From: a virus
Lineage: Duplodnaviria; Caudoviricetes
Strand: one strand, 5' to 3'
DNA length: 64,000 nt
IMG/VR virus record: IMGVR_UViG_3300021400_000034
Location: 32,001-96,000 of that record
Every line of letters begins with the position of its first letter. The first letter of the stretch is position 1. The notes beneath the pieces are model-generated. The model was not told the origin of the DNA, made no database searches, and saw nothing but the letters and a program-made list of their open reading frames with translations. A program made the translations under genes and the position numbers. This document shows positions 17,502-27,129 of the stretch, piece by piece.

Positions 17502-18035
17502 ATGACGAACAAGAAGCTTGCTAAGAATTTCAGTCTGTCGGAGTTCACGAAGAACGACGTGACTGATTATCAGCTGAGTCTGCTGAAGATTCTAGCTGAA
17601 GAGATGCAGAAGGTGCGTGATCGTCTTCAGGACTACAAGTCTGGAAAGAAGGCTGTCTCCATCACCGTCTGCTCTGGAGTCAGAACACAAGCTGACTACG
17701 AGAGAATCAAGAAGAACGGATGTAACCCGAGCAAGACGTCTGACCACTTCTGTGGACTACAGCTTCTCTGCAAGCCTACGATGGGCGCTGCTGACATTCA
17801 CGTTAACAACTGCAGCTTGAGTCTGCTCGAAGTAGCTAAGCTGATCAAGAAGATGGACGAGAACGGCGAGTGCCACTTCGGCCAGGTCATCTATGAAGAG
17901 AATCCTAAGACTAAGTCAGCTTGGATTCATCTCGGAAACGATTGGAAGCAGATCTTCACTGATCGTGTCGCTGTGAGCCGCAAGAAGTATCTGATGAGCA
18001 CAGACAACGGAGTGACATTCAAGGTGTTGAAGTGA
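17502..18035 (+). CDS. peptidase M15A family, probable endolysin
   Basis: KNFSLSEF, SGVRT, SDH...AADI, WIHLG Zn ligands. Confidence 0.8.
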   Translation: MTNKKLAKNFSLSEFTKNDVTDYQLSLLKILAEEMQKVRDRLQDYKSGKKAVSITVCSGVRTQADYERIKKNGCNPSKTSDHFCGLQLLCKPTMGAADIHVNNCSLSLLEVAKLIKKMDENGECHFGQVIYEENPKTKSAWIHLGNDWKQIFTDRVAVSRKKYLMSTDNGVTFKVLK

Positions 18036-18175
18036 TGGAATTCTTCTTGTTTGTTGGCGGAGGTCTTCTCCTATACGTACTGCTAGTCATTCTAGTGGGC
18101 ATACGAATCATGAAGAGCCGAGACCGTATCACTTCGTTCGATTTTTATGAGGATGACAAAGATGGCGAAACGTAA
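18035..18175 (+). CDS. small single-TM protein (46 aa, not in ORF track)
   Basis: MEFFLFVGGGLLLYVLLVILVGIRIMK...; overlaps both neighbours. Confidence 0.6.
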   Translation: MEFFLFVGGGLLLYVLLVILVGIRIMKSRDRITSFDFYEDDKDGET

Positions 18176-19034
18176 GTTGGCAATTTCGATAAACGGTGGC
18201 GGAGCTCTCGCAGTAGGTCCGCTGAAGTATCTCTGCAGGCTAGAGAGCGACTTAGGAAAGAGCATCGCGAAGATCAGCTACGCGTACTCAGGCACTTCTA
18301 CGGGCGCTATCGTCGCTGCATGTCTCAATGAGGGTATGAGCGCTAACGACATTCTAGAGCTATATCTCCAGAATCTGAAGAAGATCTTCACTAAGTACCC
18401 GTGGTACAAGAGAGCTCTTCCCAGCTGTCCGACTTACGACAACACGAACCTCAAGAAGATCCTGAAAGAGAATCTGCCAGGAATGATTCAGAGCTGGAAG
18501 AAGCCGATCTACTTGACGACGACATTCATGAACGGATCCAGCGTAGAGAAAGTCTGGGACCTTCAAGATCCTAAAGTTGACAAGTGGTTCGCAGTTCTCA
18601 CTTCGACAGCTGCACCGACTTACTTCGATGTCGTAGAGGACAACGGAAAGTCATACTGCGACGGCGGCATGTGGGCGAACGATCCTATCATGACGCTTCA
18701 GGCTGGTCTCGTAGAAGACGGAGGAAAAGACAAATGGAAGATTCTGTCTCTCAACACTGGCATGGACGTTCCGAACACTGACAAGGGAAACAAGACTCTG
18801 GTCGGCTGGGGCGAGTACATCCTGAAGAACTGGGTCGCACGCGCAGGCATGTCCAACTTCTTCGAGGCGAGAGCTAATCTCGGCTACGACAACGTTTTCC
18901 GTGCATCTCCGTCTGTGAAGAAGCCGTTCGACATGGATGACGTCTCGGACAAGACTATCCAGAAGGTCATGGAGATCTGGGACGAGCAGTATGACAAGGA
19001 CCGCAAAGATCTCTTGGAGTTCATGAAGAGGTAG
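18162..19034 (+). CDS. patatin-like phospholipase
   Basis: INGGG, GTSTG, SAAP-like TAAPTYF, DGGMWAN. Confidence 0.92.
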   Translation: MAKRKLAISINGGGALAVGPLKYLCRLESDLGKSIAKISYAYSGTSTGAIVAACLNEGMSANDILELYLQNLKKIFTKYPWYKRALPSCPTYDNTNLKKILKENLPGMIQSWKKPIYLTTTFMNGSSVEKVWDLQDPKVDKWFAVLTSTAAPTYFDVVEDNGKSYCDGGMWANDPIMTLQAGLVEDGGKDKWKILSLNTGMDVPNTDKGNKTLVGWGEYILKNWVARAGMSNFFEARANLGYDNVFRASPSVKKPFDMDDVSDKTIQKVMEIWDEQYDKDRKDLLEFMKR

Positions 19035-19129
19035 CGACATGGCGATAGTCAGAGTCAATGGAAAGATCGCAAGGATCAACAGCAAGATAGTCAAGAAGTC
19101 TTGATAAGTCTGCTTGTAAAGGAGTAAAG

Positions 19130-20077
19130 ATGGAAAAATATAGAATCATAAAGACTGATTTGAAGACTCAGAAAGAGTGCGACATCCTAGACGGAGTCTT
19201 CGCACAGCTGTCTGACGGCCTGTGGGAGAACAGACGAGCTGCTGAAGGCTATTGGCCATATATCAATGCTAGTCTCAAGAACGGTGAAGTCGTGTTGTCG
19301 GTGTCTAATTCTTATAGATATGATGGGAGACCTACTAACAAGCTGCTCGATATGACAGATGACGATATTAAGAAGTGGCTCGCTAAGAAGATCAAGCAAG
19401 TGATCAAAGAAGAGGGTCTAGACTGGAAGAGAGACAACACGGAAGAGACTGACTTTCTCGACACATCGTGGAGAAAGAGCAAGAAGCCATCTACTGTTGC
19501 TGACTGCTACTACGTCTATGAAGTTCTCAAAGGCAGAAACGTTGCTAAGCATCCAGAGTATGCTGAGCAGATGAACCTCTCTGATGCTCTGAAGACTCTC
19601 GATAACGCTAAGATCAAGTATGTGCAACCTGAAGATGAGCCTTGGGAAGCTGATCTAGACGAATCAGCTATCTCGTGGCCTCTGCTGTCAGAAGCAGAGT
19701 TAACTCCGGAGCAGAGAGAAGCTAGAAGGAGACGTGCAAAAGCACGTCGAGAGAGGGCGAAGAGAGAAAATCAGCCATACTACGTCAAGATCTTCCAGAA
19801 GAGTGGAAACGTTGGTGGAGGTTGGTGGGTAGAAAAGCCAGGGAAGCCTGAGTATCAAGCGTTCAAAGATCTCGAGACTCTCAAGAAGTATTTCGGATCT
19901 GACACAGAAGCTCTGATAAACGGAGCCAGACTCGACTACGAAGATGGCGAAGCTGGTGGCCCAGGCTGGAAGATGAGACTCTGTGATCTGCCAGAGATCC
20001 CTGAAGATGTTCTTGAGAAACTCAACAAGGATCTCCTGAAAGGCAATTCTGTGAGCCATCACTCTTACGAGTGGTAG
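19130..20077 (+). CDS. hypothetical protein, possible internal head protein
   Basis: Internal MNLSDALKTL tag, LDES/LSEA sites, Arg-rich TPEQREARRRR segment. Confidence 0.65.
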   Translation: MEKYRIIKTDLKTQKECDILDGVFAQLSDGLWENRRAAEGYWPYINASLKNGEVVLSVSNSYRYDGRPTNKLLDMTDDDIKKWLAKKIKQVIKEEGLDWKRDNTEETDFLDTSWRKSKKPSTVADCYYVYEVLKGRNVAKHPEYAEQMNLSDALKTLDNAKIKYVQPEDEPWEADLDESAISWPLLSEAELTPEQREARRRRAKARRERAKRENQPYYVKIFQKSGNVGGGWWVEKPGKPEYQAFKDLETLKKYFGSDTEALINGARLDYEDGEAGGPGWKMRLCDLPEIPEDVLEKLNKDLLKGNSVSHHSYEW

Positions 20078-21724
20078 TTAGCCGTTAGGATTGATCAATC
20101 TCTTCTCGAAGTACTCAGGAAGGTACTTCGAGAATTTGTTGTGTTGGAAAGTGAACGTGCTGTCGAGGATGAACGTCTCTGCGTAGTCAGTCTGGCTTCT
20201 CACGGAACGACCGCTCGCTTGAAGCAGCCTCTGCCACATCTTGTTCTGATACCACAGCGGCGTCTCTTCGGCTAGAGTCTTCGTTCGAGTGTTGCCGAGA
20301 GAGTCCCACGGCAGCTTGACGATGATCTGGAACTGAGACAGGTCGTCGTGAAGGTCAATTCCTTCTGTCATGGACGACGACACGAGAACAGTGTCCTTGC
20401 TGACCATGTGCTCTTCGAGAATGTCTTCATTTCTGACCTCGTCGAGACGGACTAGCAGCCTAGGATCGTGAAGGTTCTCTTTGATGTACTTGGAGATCTT
20501 CATGTTTCCTGTGTGGATGATGCCTCTCTGTCCTTTGTGCTGGTCTAGTATGTACTTCACTGACTTCACGATGGTTCTCATGTTCTCTTCGTCTTGAAGA
20601 TCGCGGAAGTTGGTAGCGCAGTTGCCCAGCACTACGATTGGAGCGTTCTTCGCTGGGAACGTGGATTCGACATCTACGAAGCAGCACTGGTCTGGACGGA
20701 TGCCGAGGGATCCGACGAAGTTAGAGAAGTTGAGAATCGTTGCAGACATGAAGATGATCTTGTCCGCCATCTTGTCGAAATACTTCTTGAAGATCCAGTC
20801 GACGTTGACTGGAACGATGTCCAAGCTGCGGTCCTTCTTGTTCCAGTTGTAGACCCATGAGTCTGTCTGGTCTGACTCGTTGTAAGCGTCGATCTTGAGC
20901 ATGGTCTCTACGATCTCTCGCTTGTGCTTGTACTTCTTGCTCTTCGACGAGGACTCTCCTTCCATAGCCTTCTTGACGTTTCCGTCTTTGACTTTCTTCA
21001 CCTGCTCGGATTCGTATTCTAGCATCTCTTTGTAGATCCTTGAAGCTAGATCGCGACAGATCGTGATGTACTTCTCCATCTTCGCCGTAGGCTTGGAGGA
21101 TGACTCCAGCTCAGCGTGCTTGAGAAACTCTAAGTCGCTAGCGGAGAGCTTCTTCTCTCCTTCGAACATCTTTATCATCTTGTCGGCGCTGAAGCGTATC
21201 GTTCCGACATCCACTAGGAAGTCTTCGAGCAGATGGGCTTCGTCAACGATGAGAAGATCACGCTTGGCGTTGTCGCCACGTGGCGCTATCGTAGACTTCA
21301 GGACGGAAGTGTTCGCGAGAAGAATGGGAGACTCTAGCGCTCTGTTGACGGCGTTGTAGTACGGACAGAGATCGTTGATCTTGCAGTAGCGCTTGATGCC
21401 GATAGCCGTAGACTCGCATCCCTGACATGGACCTCTGTCGCACTTCGTGTTGTCGTAGACCGAGCAGTCGTAGTTCTGCATTCCCTTGAGCATCTGTATC
21501 GGAAACTTTCCTTTGAAGTCTCTCCAGTACTGATCTTGCAGCGCCTTGTTGGTCACTACGATGTAGCTCGAGTGTGCGAGCATTGACTCGTAGATAGCGA
21601 TTCCAGATTTTCCAGATCCTGTTGGCATCTGGGCCACGATGTATTTCTTGTCTGTGCCTTTGACCGTCTCCAGAAACTTCTGCTGTTCTGGGCGGATCTT
21701 CTCATAGGGAAATTCGATGTTCAT
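20078..21724 (-). CDS. DinG/XPD-like SF2 helicase
   Basis: RPEQ Q-motif, PTGSGKS, Cys cluster, DEAH, MSAT, EGID, QASGRSVR. Confidence 0.9.
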   Translation of the reverse strand: MNIEFPYEKIRPEQQKFLETVKGTDKKYIVAQMPTGSGKSGIAIYESMLAHSSYIVVTNKALQDQYWRDFKGKFPIQMLKGMQNYDCSVYDNTKCDRGPCQGCESTAIGIKRYCKINDLCPYYNAVNRALESPILLANTSVLKSTIAPRGDNAKRDLLIVDEAHLLEDFLVDVGTIRFSADKMIKMFEGEKKLSASDLEFLKHAELESSSKPTAKMEKYITICRDLASRIYKEMLEYESEQVKKVKDGNVKKAMEGESSSKSKKYKHKREIVETMLKIDAYNESDQTDSWVYNWNKKDRSLDIVPVNVDWIFKKYFDKMADKIIFMSATILNFSNFVGSLGIRPDQCCFVDVESTFPAKNAPIVVLGNCATNFRDLQDEENMRTIVKSVKYILDQHKGQRGIIHTGNMKISKYIKENLHDPRLLVRLDEVRNEDILEEHMVSKDTVLVSSSMTEGIDLHDDLSQFQIIVKLPWDSLGNTRTKTLAEETPLWYQNKMWQRLLQASGRSVRSQTDYAETFILDSTFTFQHNKFSKYLPEYFEKRLINPNG

Positions 21725-21808
21725 GTAAGACAATATAATAAAATTGAGGATGAACTATTTAGTTGTACAAAAATTTTAATTAGATTTGACTTAAGGAGAG
21801 CGCCGCTC

Positions 21809-22699
21809 ATGGCGCTGAAATATATGAAGAATCGAAAGAAGATACTCCTGATCGACATGGCGAACATGTCTATCAGAACTGGATGCTCTTGCTACAGGGA
21901 CGATCCGACCGACAAGACCTACAACAACTGGAAGTGTGAGATTCTGGAAAATCTGGCAGGCCTCGTTCAGACGACTGGCGCTAACTCGATCATTCTCTGT
22001 CAAGAAGGAAAGAAGAACTGGCGCTATGAAGTCTATGACGACTACAAGTCCAACCGCAAAGAGGCCAAGGCGAAGAACAAGCTCGACTTCGACACGTTCT
22101 ATCCTATGGCTGACGACTTCTGCGACAAGATGAAGAAGTACATCCCGAACGTCTACCAGCTCAAGGTCGAAGGCGCCGAAGGCGATGATCTCATCGCAGT
22201 CTTGACTAAGTGGCTCACTCCAGCATACGAAGTGATCTGTGTCTCTACCGACCGCGACTTCTACCAGCTCTTGAAGTACAACGGCTACAAGCAGTACAAT
22301 CCTATCAAGCGCCAGTACGTCCAGGTCATAAATCCAGAGCGCTACCTTCTGGAGAAGATCGTCGTAGGCGACAAGGGAGACGGCATTCCTCACGTCAAGC
22401 CTAAGGTCTCGGTCAAGACGGCTGCTGACATCGTAGAGGCTGGACTTGACGATTGGCTCAAGAACGAGAGCCAGCAGATCCGCGACAACTTCGAGCGAAA
22501 CAAGAAACTGATCGACTTCGACTGCATTCCTATTCCGGTTCAGACGAAGATCATGGAAGAGTTCAAGAAGCTGCGATTCAGCGGAATGAGCATGAGAGAC
22601 ATGTCGGAGTTCCTGATGGCCGTAGGACTCGCAAACAAGTTCGACAAGATTCCGGAATACGCTAACACCTTCATCAAGATGGAGAGGATAGATGTGTAA
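21809..22699 (+). CDS. rnh: T4 RNase H-like 5'-3' exonuclease
   Basis: LLIDMAN, WRY..YKSNR, EGDDLIA, STDRDFYQL, GDKGDGIP. Confidence 0.9.
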   Translation: MALKYMKNRKKILLIDMANMSIRTGCSCYRDDPTDKTYNNWKCEILENLAGLVQTTGANSIILCQEGKKNWRYEVYDDYKSNRKEAKAKNKLDFDTFYPMADDFCDKMKKYIPNVYQLKVEGAEGDDLIAVLTKWLTPAYEVICVSTDRDFYQLLKYNGYKQYNPIKRQYVQVINPERYLLEKIVVGDKGDGIPHVKPKVSVKTAADIVEAGLDDWLKNESQQIRDNFERNKKLIDFDCIPIPVQTKIMEEFKKLRFSGMSMRDMSEFLMAVGLANKFDKIPEYANTFIKMERIDV

Positions 22700-23201
22700 C
22701 AATCCAAAGAAGTTCAACCGTTTCTATGTCGACGTCCTCAACTCTCTGAGAAGATATTCGACGTGCTCACGTCTGCAGGTCGCAGCTATTCTCGTGAAGG
22801 ACTCTCGAATTCTCAGCTCAGGCTACAACGGAGTAGCTAAGGGCTGCACAGAGTGCAACAAGATCTACGCTAGAAGACCAGATGGAACGTTCTCCTGGAC
22901 GAGCTATCTGACCCGAAATGAGAGAATTCTGTCTGAAGAAGAGTACCGCAAAGAGCATCATGAGTTCGCGGACAAGTATGAGATACACGCTGAGATGAAC
23001 TGCTTGGGGTTCGCTCTCAAGAACAACACCGACATCACTGGCGCACAGCTCTACTTGACGACTAGTCCATGTCTGAACTGCTGCAAACTGATCCTGACCT
23101 CCGGAATCAAGGAAGTTTACTACATTGAAGAGTATGATGATCGCAGTGGGATCGAATATCTGCTCCGAAACGGCGTAATTTGCGAGAAAATCGAGCAATA
23201 G
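22692..23201 (+). CDS. dCMP deaminase
   Basis: STC.RLQV, SGYNG, HAEMN, SPCLNC. Confidence 0.92.
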   Translation: MCNNPKKFNRFYVDVLNSLRRYSTCSRLQVAAILVKDSRILSSGYNGVAKGCTECNKIYARRPDGTFSWTSYLTRNERILSEEEYRKEHHEFADKYEIHAEMNCLGFALKNNTDITGAQLYLTTSPCLNCCKLILTSGIKEVYYIEEYDDRSGIEYLLRNGVICEKIEQ

Positions 23202-23234
23202 TCTGAATTTCAGCTCATATCCTTAGGACTTCTC

Positions 23235-23242
23235 TATAAATA
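23235..23242 (+). promoter_or_regulatory. T4-type late promoter
   Basis: TATAAATA upstream of the prohead protease. Confidence 0.75.
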
Positions 23243-23274
23243 ATAGGTATAAAGAGTTCTAAGGAGCTATAAAG

Positions 23275-23964
23275 ATGGCTGAACACAAGAAACTATTGAA
23301 TGAAGCATATCTCAGCGACGTCACATCTAACAGAGACAACGAGTCTAAGTCTCTGTATATCGAGGGCGTCTTCATGGGCGCTGGAAAGAAGAACCGAAAC
23401 GGTAGAACATACCCGCGTGAATTGATCGAACGTGAAGTAACGTCGCTAAACAAGCTGATCAACAGCAACGAGTGCCTTGGTGAGCTTGAGCACCCGGAAT
23501 ATGCGAAGGTGAACTCCAAGGAAGCAGCAATCAAGATCTGCTCACTACGGATGGACGAGGATTTCGCTATCGGTAAGGCTAAGGTCCTTGAGTATATGCC
23601 GAACGGTAAGATGCTCGCTGGTCTTCTTGGCGACGTAAGAATGGGCGTCTCTTCTAGAGGCGTTGGCGACGTGAACGAAGACACTGGGGTCGTGGAGTCC
23701 AACTTCCACTTGATCACTATCGATGCGGTTTTAGGTCCCTCTTGCCCAGATGCGTACGTCAACGCAGTGAACGAGTCTTTCGAGTGGGTCTTGAACGAGT
23801 CCACTGGTCTCTACATCGAGAAGAGAATCCAGCACACGCCGGAAGAAGCTATCGCTACTCTCGAACCTGCTAAGGAAGCTTTCGACAAGAAGCTGGACGC
23901 TAAGGGATCTAAGGCTGTTGTCGAAGCGTTCCGTGAGTTCATGGACGTCTACAAGCACATCTAA
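23275..23964 (+). CDS. prohead core protease, T4 gp21-like
   Basis: IEGVFM..KNRNGRTYP, LGELEHP, GVSSRGVG, DAV.GPS.PDA. Confidence 0.93.
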   Translation: MAEHKKLLNEAYLSDVTSNRDNESKSLYIEGVFMGAGKKNRNGRTYPRELIEREVTSLNKLINSNECLGELEHPEYAKVNSKEAAIKICSLRMDEDFAIGKAKVLEYMPNGKMLAGLLGDVRMGVSSRGVGDVNEDTGVVESNFHLITIDAVLGPSCPDAYVNAVNESFEWVLNESTGLYIEKRIQHTPEEAIATLEPAKEAFDKKLDAKGSKAVVEAFREFMDVYKHI

Positions 23965-23977
23965 TCTGGAATAGAGC

Positions 23978-24574
23978 ATGAAAGTCTTCAAGATAACATT
24001 CGACACGGATGAAGAAGCTCGGGAAGAAGAGTTCGAAATTCGTGACAATATGGGCAGCTTAGTCGACACGGCTATCGATCGCGACACTGTCTATATTACT
24101 GGGCCTAAAGCCGCTCTTATCGCGGATGACTGGTATAAAGATCGAAAGGTCGAAGAGATCGAGATGTCTGAATCCCAATTCGGCAGCATTCTGAATCCGA
24201 AAAAGACAAAGATGTACGAAGCAAGAGTCGAATTCATTTCGGAAGATGCTGCATACGACGCTATGGGAATCTGGAAAAATGTTCTATTTCCGTCTATCAG
24301 ACTTATGAGCGCGTTCGATCCTTTTACGCAGAAGCAGTTGGCTACTGCTAGAAGATTGGCTGATGTCGAAGTCGAGAAAGATGGAGAAACGCTGATTATC
24401 CGCTCAACCAGCAGAATCAAAGTGATAGAAGCTGTAGCGATCTTCAATGAAGACGAGGATTCTGTCGTTTCTTCGAGTAAGCCGAAGAAAATCTACGAGT
24501 CTGATATGTCGCTAGAAGATGCGCTCTTGATTCTTGAAAAGTCGAAGATGAAAGCTATCCTCATGAAGAGGTAG
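23978..24574 (+). CDS. hypothetical protein
   Basis: Downstream of the protease; C-terminal MSLEDALLILEK tag. Confidence 0.7.
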   Translation: MKVFKITFDTDEEAREEEFEIRDNMGSLVDTAIDRDTVYITGPKAALIADDWYKDRKVEEIEMSESQFGSILNPKKTKMYEARVEFISEDAAYDAMGIWKNVLFPSIRLMSAFDPFTQKQLATARRLADVEVEKDGETLIIRSTSRIKVIEAVAIFNEDEDSVVSSSKPKKIYESDMSLEDALLILEKSKMKAILMKR

Positions 24575-24604
24575 ATCCAATTAAGAAAAATCTGAAAATT
24601 CGGG

Positions 24605-24633
24605 TTTAGAAAACACTCGAATTTTCTTAAATT
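24605..24633 (+). promoter_or_regulatory. sigma70-like early promoter
   Basis: TTTAGA-N17-TAAATT. Confidence 0.65.
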
Positions 24634-24666
24634 TACTAAGTAAACCGCTAAAAAAGGACTACAAAA

Positions 24667-25038
24667 ATGACTCCAGGGCAGCTACAAGAACATGTCAAGA
24701 AGATGATTGAGAACCTCATGATCGATCACGTCGGCAACTTCGTAAACGACTTTGAATGGTCTGCTTCAGATGATCCGTCTGAAGCTATCGAGAAGTTCAA
24801 TGTCTCTTACGGCAACTATCACGCTGCTTTTAATCGCGCCGTCTTGAACGGCGTAGCTGAAGGCATCAACAAAGCTTGCAACGAGACTTTCCAGCACTGT
24901 CTGAGACGCGCCGTCGAAGGCGGCCAGATCGATCAGGCACGCGCCGACGTTCTGGAGAACGAGTGGAACGACTACAGCGAAATGACAATCTCTGACCTAG
25001 TCCAAGACGTAGTAGGTCGCATCGGATTCGCGGAGTAA
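24667..25038 (+). CDS. hypothetical protein
   Basis: RBS aagga, 123 aa. Confidence 0.75.
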   Translation: MTPGQLQEHVKKMIENLMIDHVGNFVNDFEWSASDDPSEAIEKFNVSYGNYHAAFNRAVLNGVAEGINKACNETFQHCLRRAVEGGQIDQARADVLENEWNDYSEMTISDLVQDVVGRIGFAE

Positions 25039-25041
25039 GAA

Positions 25042-25494
25042 ATGAAACTAGAAAAAGCACTAAACATACTCGAATCTGAGAACGTAAAAGTCATCAAGAC
25101 GCCTGAACAGATCGCACGTCGTCGCTGGCGTGCTAAAGTCCGCAGGGCACAGAAGAAGACTCCCGAGCTCATGGCTAAGCTCGAAAAGATGTACGATCGT
25201 GTCATAGACTTCGATCGTGATCTTGAAGCTCCTTGGATCAGCAGAGCTCTCGCTAACGAAGACTACAAGGCAGTTCAAGAAGAGAAGGAGCGCATCAACA
25301 AGATCTACAAGAAAGAAGTCGCAGAGCCGTTCGACAAGATGGCAGACGATCTCTATCGAGCTATCAATCACGACAAGAACTGCGAGCTGTTCAAGCTTCT
25401 CTCGAAGATGTGCCGAAAGCTAGAAGGAATCCAGTTTTTTCACAGCGGCGCTTGTCCTGAGACCGAGAGGATGCGAGACATCAACTGGGTCTAA
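25042..25494 (+). CDS. hypothetical protein
   Basis: N-terminal MKLEKALNILESE tag and TPEQIARRRWR segment shared with 19130..20077. Confidence 0.75.
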   Translation: MKLEKALNILESENVKVIKTPEQIARRRWRAKVRRAQKKTPELMAKLEKMYDRVIDFDRDLEAPWISRALANEDYKAVQEEKERINKIYKKEVAEPFDKMADDLYRAINHDKNCELFKLLSKMCRKLEGIQFFHSGACPETERMRDINWV

Positions 25495-25514
25495 TCCATA
25501 AGAGATCTTTACAG

Positions 25515-25551
25515 TTCCTCGGGTTTAGAACGCCCGAGGAATTTCTATATT
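25515..25551 (+). promoter_or_regulatory. terminator-like hairpin overlapping an early promoter
   Basis: ttcctcggg/cccgaggaa stem; TTTAGA in the loop, N16, TATATT. Confidence 0.55.
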
Positions 25552-25563
25552 TGCGGAAAGACG

Positions 25564-25571
25564 TATAAATA
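25564..25571 (+). promoter_or_regulatory. T4-type late promoter
   Basis: TATAAATA. Confidence 0.65.
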
Positions 25572-25578
25572 TAGGGAA

Positions 25579-25695
25579 ATGAACAAGTTGATAGACTACA
25601 TTAGCAGAATGATTGACGCGGATCCGATAAGCATAGTGATCTCGTTCTTCGGCATTCTATGGATAGTAGCTATGCTTCTCATTCTCCTTCACTGA
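25579..25695 (+). CDS. small membrane protein (38 aa)
   Basis: MNKLIDYISRMIDADPISIVISFFGILWIVAMLLILLH. Confidence 0.55.
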   Translation: MNKLIDYISRMIDADPISIVISFFGILWIVAMLLILLH

Positions 25696-25701
25696 GGTGT
25701 T

Positions 25702-26001
25702 GTGATGAATATCGAAACTTTTGCGCTATGGAAGTTCAAAGAGTTCGAAGGAAAGCTGAAAGGCTTTCACGCATCTGATATGTTCGTCACCAAGATCGAG
25801 AAGGACCTTGACTGCTACACGATCACCTACGACATAAAGACCAACCGTGCTAAGATCGCGAACATCTTTGAGCCTGAGAATCAGACCGAGTGCTCGTTCG
25901 CTGAGCTTGCTGACACGTTGAAGAAGATGGGACTCTATGAAGAGCGTCCCGAGTCAGAGCGCCACAGCTCAAGCTTCGTACCTCTACACGTCAATTTGTA
26001 A
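25702..26001 (+). CDS. hypothetical protein
   Basis: RBS gaggt, 99 aa. Confidence 0.7.
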   Translation: MMNIETFALWKFKEFEGKLKGFHASDMFVTKIEKDLDCYTITYDIKTNRAKIANIFEPENQTECSFAELADTLKKMGLYEERPESERHSSSFVPLHVNL

Positions 26002-26013
26002 AGTTTAATTTAC

Positions 26014-26042
26014 TTTACAACAATACGCTAAACTTCTATATT
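26014..26042 (+). promoter_or_regulatory. sigma70-like early promoter
   Basis: TTTACA-N17-TATATT. Confidence 0.75.
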
Positions 26043-26078
26043 GTATATGTAACAACTAACAGAAAAAGGACCAACTAA

Positions 26079-26777
26079 ATGCTGAAGAGAACACGCCAGA
26101 CATTCATTACATCTGACACTCATTTCGGCCACTCCAACATCATCAAGTACTGCGGAAGGCCGTATCACGTCGAGGGCGGAAACAAGAATCCAGCTAACGT
26201 TCCAGAAGTTCAGCGCATGAACGAAGACATTCTGAAAGCGTTCGATGAACTTCCCGAGAACTGCGACATCTGGCACCTCGGCGACTTCTGGTTCCAAGGT
26301 GGAAATCCTAAAGACTTCAGAACAGAAGAGCGAATGTTTCTGATTTGTAAGACCGTAATGCGGATCAAAGAAAATGGACGCAGGATATTCCTTGTTCTCG
26401 GAAATCATGATAATGGAAGACTCCTGGAGAGGACAGGCTGCGACTATTATTACGCTATGGGATTCGACAAAGTGTATGACTCGCCCGTCATTATCGAAGA
26501 CCAGTGGATCCTGTCTCATGAGCCAGTCTGGATTGAGCCAGGCTCACACTTCGTCAACCTCTACGGCCACACTCATGACCTCGTAATTCCAGAAGACTAC
26601 TTCTGCTACGACCAGGAGAACTACGCTCGGGACGTGCGTGAAGGAATGACACCAGAGATGAAGTGGCCTGACCGCAAAGTCGATTTGAAGAACTACAATA
26701 ACATGTGCCTGGATCACAACAAGGGCATACTCGAATGGAAAGGAGATGAATTCAATGTCGTCAGAAAAATCTGGTAA
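26079..26777 (+). CDS. calcineurin-like metallophosphoesterase
   Basis: SDTHFGH, LGD, GNHD, SHEP, GHTH. Confidence 0.9.
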   Translation: MLKRTRQTFITSDTHFGHSNIIKYCGRPYHVEGGNKNPANVPEVQRMNEDILKAFDELPENCDIWHLGDFWFQGGNPKDFRTEERMFLICKTVMRIKENGRRIFLVLGNHDNGRLLERTGCDYYYAMGFDKVYDSPVIIEDQWILSHEPVWIEPGSHFVNLYGHTHDLVIPEDYFCYDQENYARDVREGMTPEMKWPDRKVDLKNYNNMCLDHNKGILEWKGDEFNVVRKIW

Positions 26778-27129
26778 CTCAAACATCAGCTTGAGCATCG
26801 GCTCTCTGATCTCGCTCTGGACGCTGCTAGCGATAGTGTGCCACTGCGCAGAGCTCGGGATGTTCAAAGAATGGCCCATCATAGACTGGCCGAATCATTG
26901 GTCATGCATGTGCATCTTCCTGTGGTCGTTCATCGTCGTGATCGGCCTCTTAGCTACCATCTGCATATTCTTAGCACTAGCTTCTTTCTTCAGCAACAAA
27001 CACGACCGTGTGAAGTACATTGCGCGAATTGAGAAGCTCAGAGCTGAGGGAAAGATTCTTGAAGCTGAGTTGCTAGAAACGAGACTGGTCAAAGACGGGA
27101 TATTGAAAGATGGAAGCTCAAAAGCCTGA
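26746..27129 (+). CDS. membrane protein
   Basis: Two hydrophobic segments. Confidence 0.65.
   Translation: MNSMSSEKSGNSNISLSIGSLISLWTLLAIVCHCAELGMFKEWPIIDWPNHWSCMCIFLWSFIVVIGLLATICIFLALASFFSNKHDRVKYIARIEKLRAEGKILEAELLETRLVKDGILKDGSSKA

Noticed and set aside
21791-22717. Long minus-strand ORFs (also 30903..31607, 34971..35606, 56713..57501 and others)
   Set aside because: Antisense shadows of strongly codon-biased plus-strand genes with recognisable functions; no motifs or RBS
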